This document shows positions 62,061-64,000 of a DNA stretch of 64,000 nt, piece after piece. Source of the stretch: Bacillota bacterium. GTDB lineage: Bacteria; Bacillota; Clostridia; Christensenellales; SZUA-584. The position numbers were made by a program, and so were the translations under genes. The notes beneath the pieces are model-generated. The model was not told where the DNA came from. It worked only from the letters and a program-made list of their open reading frames with translations, and did no database searches. The stretch covers positions 188,009 to 252,008 of the forward strand of contig JAEZJG010000022.1 of NCBI GenBank assembly GCA_023415795.1, written 5' to 3'. Positions within the stretch are counted from its first letter, which is position 1. Every line of letters starts with the position of its first letter.

Positions 62061-64000
62061 ATGAATCAACAGGACTCCGGCAGCTGCACTCTGTCCCATC
62101 CTCAGCAACGCATTTGGTATGCGGAAATGCTGCACCCCGGCACCGGTATGTGGAACAACGCCGGGACGCTCAAGATAAAAGGTCTGCTGGATTTTGCGCT
62201 GCTGGAAAAAGCACTCAACATATTGCTGCGTGACAACGAAACGCTGCGCATCCGCATCGGTCAGAAAGACGGAACGCCGTATCAGTATGTGGCAGGCTAT
62301 GTGCCGCAGACTGTGGATGTGCTGGACTTTTCGGAGCGCGGTGTGGAAAAGCTGTATGAATGGGACAGTATCCAGACTCAGACGCCCATGCCGATGATTG
62401 ACAGCAGCCTTTGCTATTTCGCGTTTTTGCGCCTCAGTGAAACGGAGGGCGGCATATACGCAAAGTTCCATCACATCATATCAGACGCGCTTTCTATCGT
62501 CAGCTTTTCCAACCACCTTATGGGCATATACCAGACGCTGCTGACCGGAAGCGAGCCGGAACCGCTCAGCGTCCGCTCCTATATTGATTACCTGACAGAC
62601 GAGCAGTCATATCTTTCATCCAAGCGTTTTCAATACGACAAGGAGTATTGGACGGGGCTATTTGAGCAGCTGCCCGAACCTACCGTATTAAAGCAGAACA
62701 AGACCAACTACTATGGCCTGAAGGCCAAACGCCGCACCCACGTGATACGACCACGCCTGTCCCGCCAGATACGTGATTACTGCGCGCGCACAGGGGTTAC
62801 CGTGTATGCGCTTTTCCTGTCCGCACTGGCGGTATATATCAATCGTGTCACCACCAAAAAGGATTTGGTAATCGGCGCGCCCGTTGCCAACCGCACCACC
62901 GCGCAATCCAAGGATATGTTCGGCATGTTCGTGAGCACGGTTCCTATTCGTATACAGCTGAAGGATGAGATGTCGTTTAACGATTTTGCGCAGGAAGTAT
63001 CGGGCAGCTGGTTCTCCGCGCTGAAGCATCAGAAATATCCATACAACCTGTTGATGCAGGATCTGCGCGGTGCACATAAGGGTCTGGAAGCACTGTACGA
63101 CGTCACACTGTCTTACCAGATCGGCAAGTTTGAGAAAAATGCGGACAACTTTACCTACGAGGGGCGCTGGCATTTCTCCGGCTATCAGGAGCCCTCGCTG
63201 TGCATCCACGTCAACGATCGCGAGGACGAAGGGCGCTTCGTGGTAGACTACGATCATCATACGCCGCTGTTTTCGGACAAGGAGATTGAGTTTATCCACG
63301 CCCACCTCCTTAACATCATTCGGGACGGGCTGGTACGCCCGGATAAGCCGCTGTACATGCTGGATCTGATGTCGGACGATGAATATGAGCGCGTCGTATA
63401 TCAGTTCAACGCCACCGACAGCATGTTCCCGCAGGGGGAAACGCTCATCGATCTGTGGAACAAGCGGATAGCGCTGACCGACGGTGATGCTGTAGCCGTG
63501 ATGTGCCGCGGCGAAGGCATAACCTACAAGCAGCTGGACGAGCGTTCCTCCGCGCTGGCGCAGTATTTGCGCAGCAAGGGTGTGGGGGCGGACGATATCG
63601 TGGGGCTGCTTGTAAAGCGTACGCTGGACTATCCTGTCTGCGTGCTGGCGATACTGAAGGCGGGCGGCGCGTTTCTGCCCATTGATGCGGAGCTGCCTTC
63701 CGAGCGGCTGGCCTATATATTGAAGGATAGCGGCGCGAGTGTGTTGCTGATTTCGCCGGAGCTGAAGGAGCAGTATGCGGACGATGGCAGCTTGCACGTC
63801 ATATCGGCGGATATGTCGCATGCGCCTGCGGCAGCGCCGGAGCCGCTATGTCGGCCAAGTAATCTCGCCTATCTGATCTATACCTCCGGATCAACAGGAA
63901 AGCCCAAGGGTGTGATGATCGAGCATCGGTCCATCGTCCACTTTGTTTATTCTTTGAGCCGCCTGTGGGATTTCTCACCGGGTGCGCGCCTGCTGTGCGC
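62061..64000 (+). CDS. non-ribosomal peptide synthetase, N-terminal part (C domain then A domain; continues beyond the window)
   Basis: Not in the ORF track because there is no stop in the window; hand-translated from ATG 62061. MNQQDSGSCTLSHPQQRIWYAEML…, C3 motif FHHIISDALS (~62466-62495), …MFGMFVSTVPIR…, then A-domain motifs …ITYKQLDERSSALAQYL…, …LAILKAGGAFLPID… and …LAYLIYTSGSTGKPKGVMIEHRS (63864-63932). The track's minus-strand ORF 62688..63821 is an antisense shadow. Confidence 0.85.
   Translation, partial: MNQQDSGSCTLSHPQQRIWYAEMLHPGTGMWNNAGTLKIKGLLDFALLEKALNILLRDNETLRIRIGQKDGTPYQYVAGYVPQTVDVLDFSERGVEKLYEWDSIQTQTPMPMIDSSLCYFAFLRLSETEGGIYAKFHHIISDALSIVSFSNHLMGIYQTLLTGSEPEPLSVRSYIDYLTDEQSYLSSKRFQYDKEYWTGLFEQLPEPTVLKQNKTNYYGLKAKRRTHVIRPRLSRQIRDYCARTGVTVYALFLSALAVYINRVTTKKDLVIGAPVANRTTAQSKDMFGMFVSTVPIRIQLKDEMSFNDFAQEVSGSWFSALKHQKYPYNLLMQDLRGAHKGLEALYDVTLSYQIGKFEKNADNFTYEGRWHFSGYQEPSLCIHVNDREDEGRFVVDYDHHTPLFSDKEIEFIHAHLLNIIRDGLVRPDKPLYMLDLMSDDEYERVVYQFNATDSMFPQGETLIDLWNKRIALTDGDAVAVMCRGEGITYKQLDERSSALAQYLRSKGVGADDIVGLLVKRTLDYPVCVLAILKAGGAFLPIDAELPSERLAYILKDSGASVLLISPELKEQYADDGSLHVISADMSHAPAAAPEPLCRPSNLAYLIYTSGSTGKPKGVMIEHRSIVHFVYSLSRLWDFSPGARLLC

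Overview
All calls are by-eye motif and family recognition from the supplied sequence and ORF track; no searches were run. The window looks like a 64-kb chromosomal segment of a fairly GC-rich, spore-forming, motile Firmicute (Clostridia-like). Support for that: CwlJ/SleB-, SleL/YaaH-, GerQ-, PdaA- and YtxC-like genes, MotAB and an MCP, a thrS T-box and an EndoA-type MazF. Many long ORFs in the track are antisense shadows of real genes and were discarded.

Gene content, left to right:
- Housekeeping and accessory genes: AlkD-like repair protein, hydrolase, ArsR, cupin, MFS, and an aldR-like regulator with ald.
- A c-di-GMP-I-like riboswitch upstream of a beta-CASP nuclease gene.
- Cell-wall and transport genes.
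- A tRNA-fMet/tRNA-Met pair followed by a strikingly AT-rich islet.
- A DUF2229 + DUF2229 + BcrAD/BadFG activase operon.
- A DUF5685 / J-domain / membrane-protein triad.
- An MCP, thrS with a Thr T-box, motAB, and a solitary mazF.
- A spore germination and cortex cluster.
- A sugar or polyol utilisation locus (LacI-SBP fusion regulator, CUT2-type ABC transporter, FucU, FGGY kinase, Zn-ADH, AKR, GatZ/KbaZ-like).
- pdaA, then mutY-msrAB-xth with a rubredoxin and an HD protein.
- At the right edge, the start of a lipopeptide-type NRPS cluster (AMP-ligase, ACP, PPTase, then C-A... NRPS running off the window).

Most interesting observations:
- The riboswitch and its unusual genomic context.
- The truncated NRPS cluster.
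- A GerQ-like protein with about 20 tandem 24-nt coding repeats.
- Two interspersed intergenic repeat families plus a (GCCCTAA)6 microsatellite.
- The LacI-SBP fusion regulator.
- The antitoxin-less MazF.
- The repeat-bracketed activase operon.

No CRISPR array, transposase, integrase or recognisable defence system was seen.
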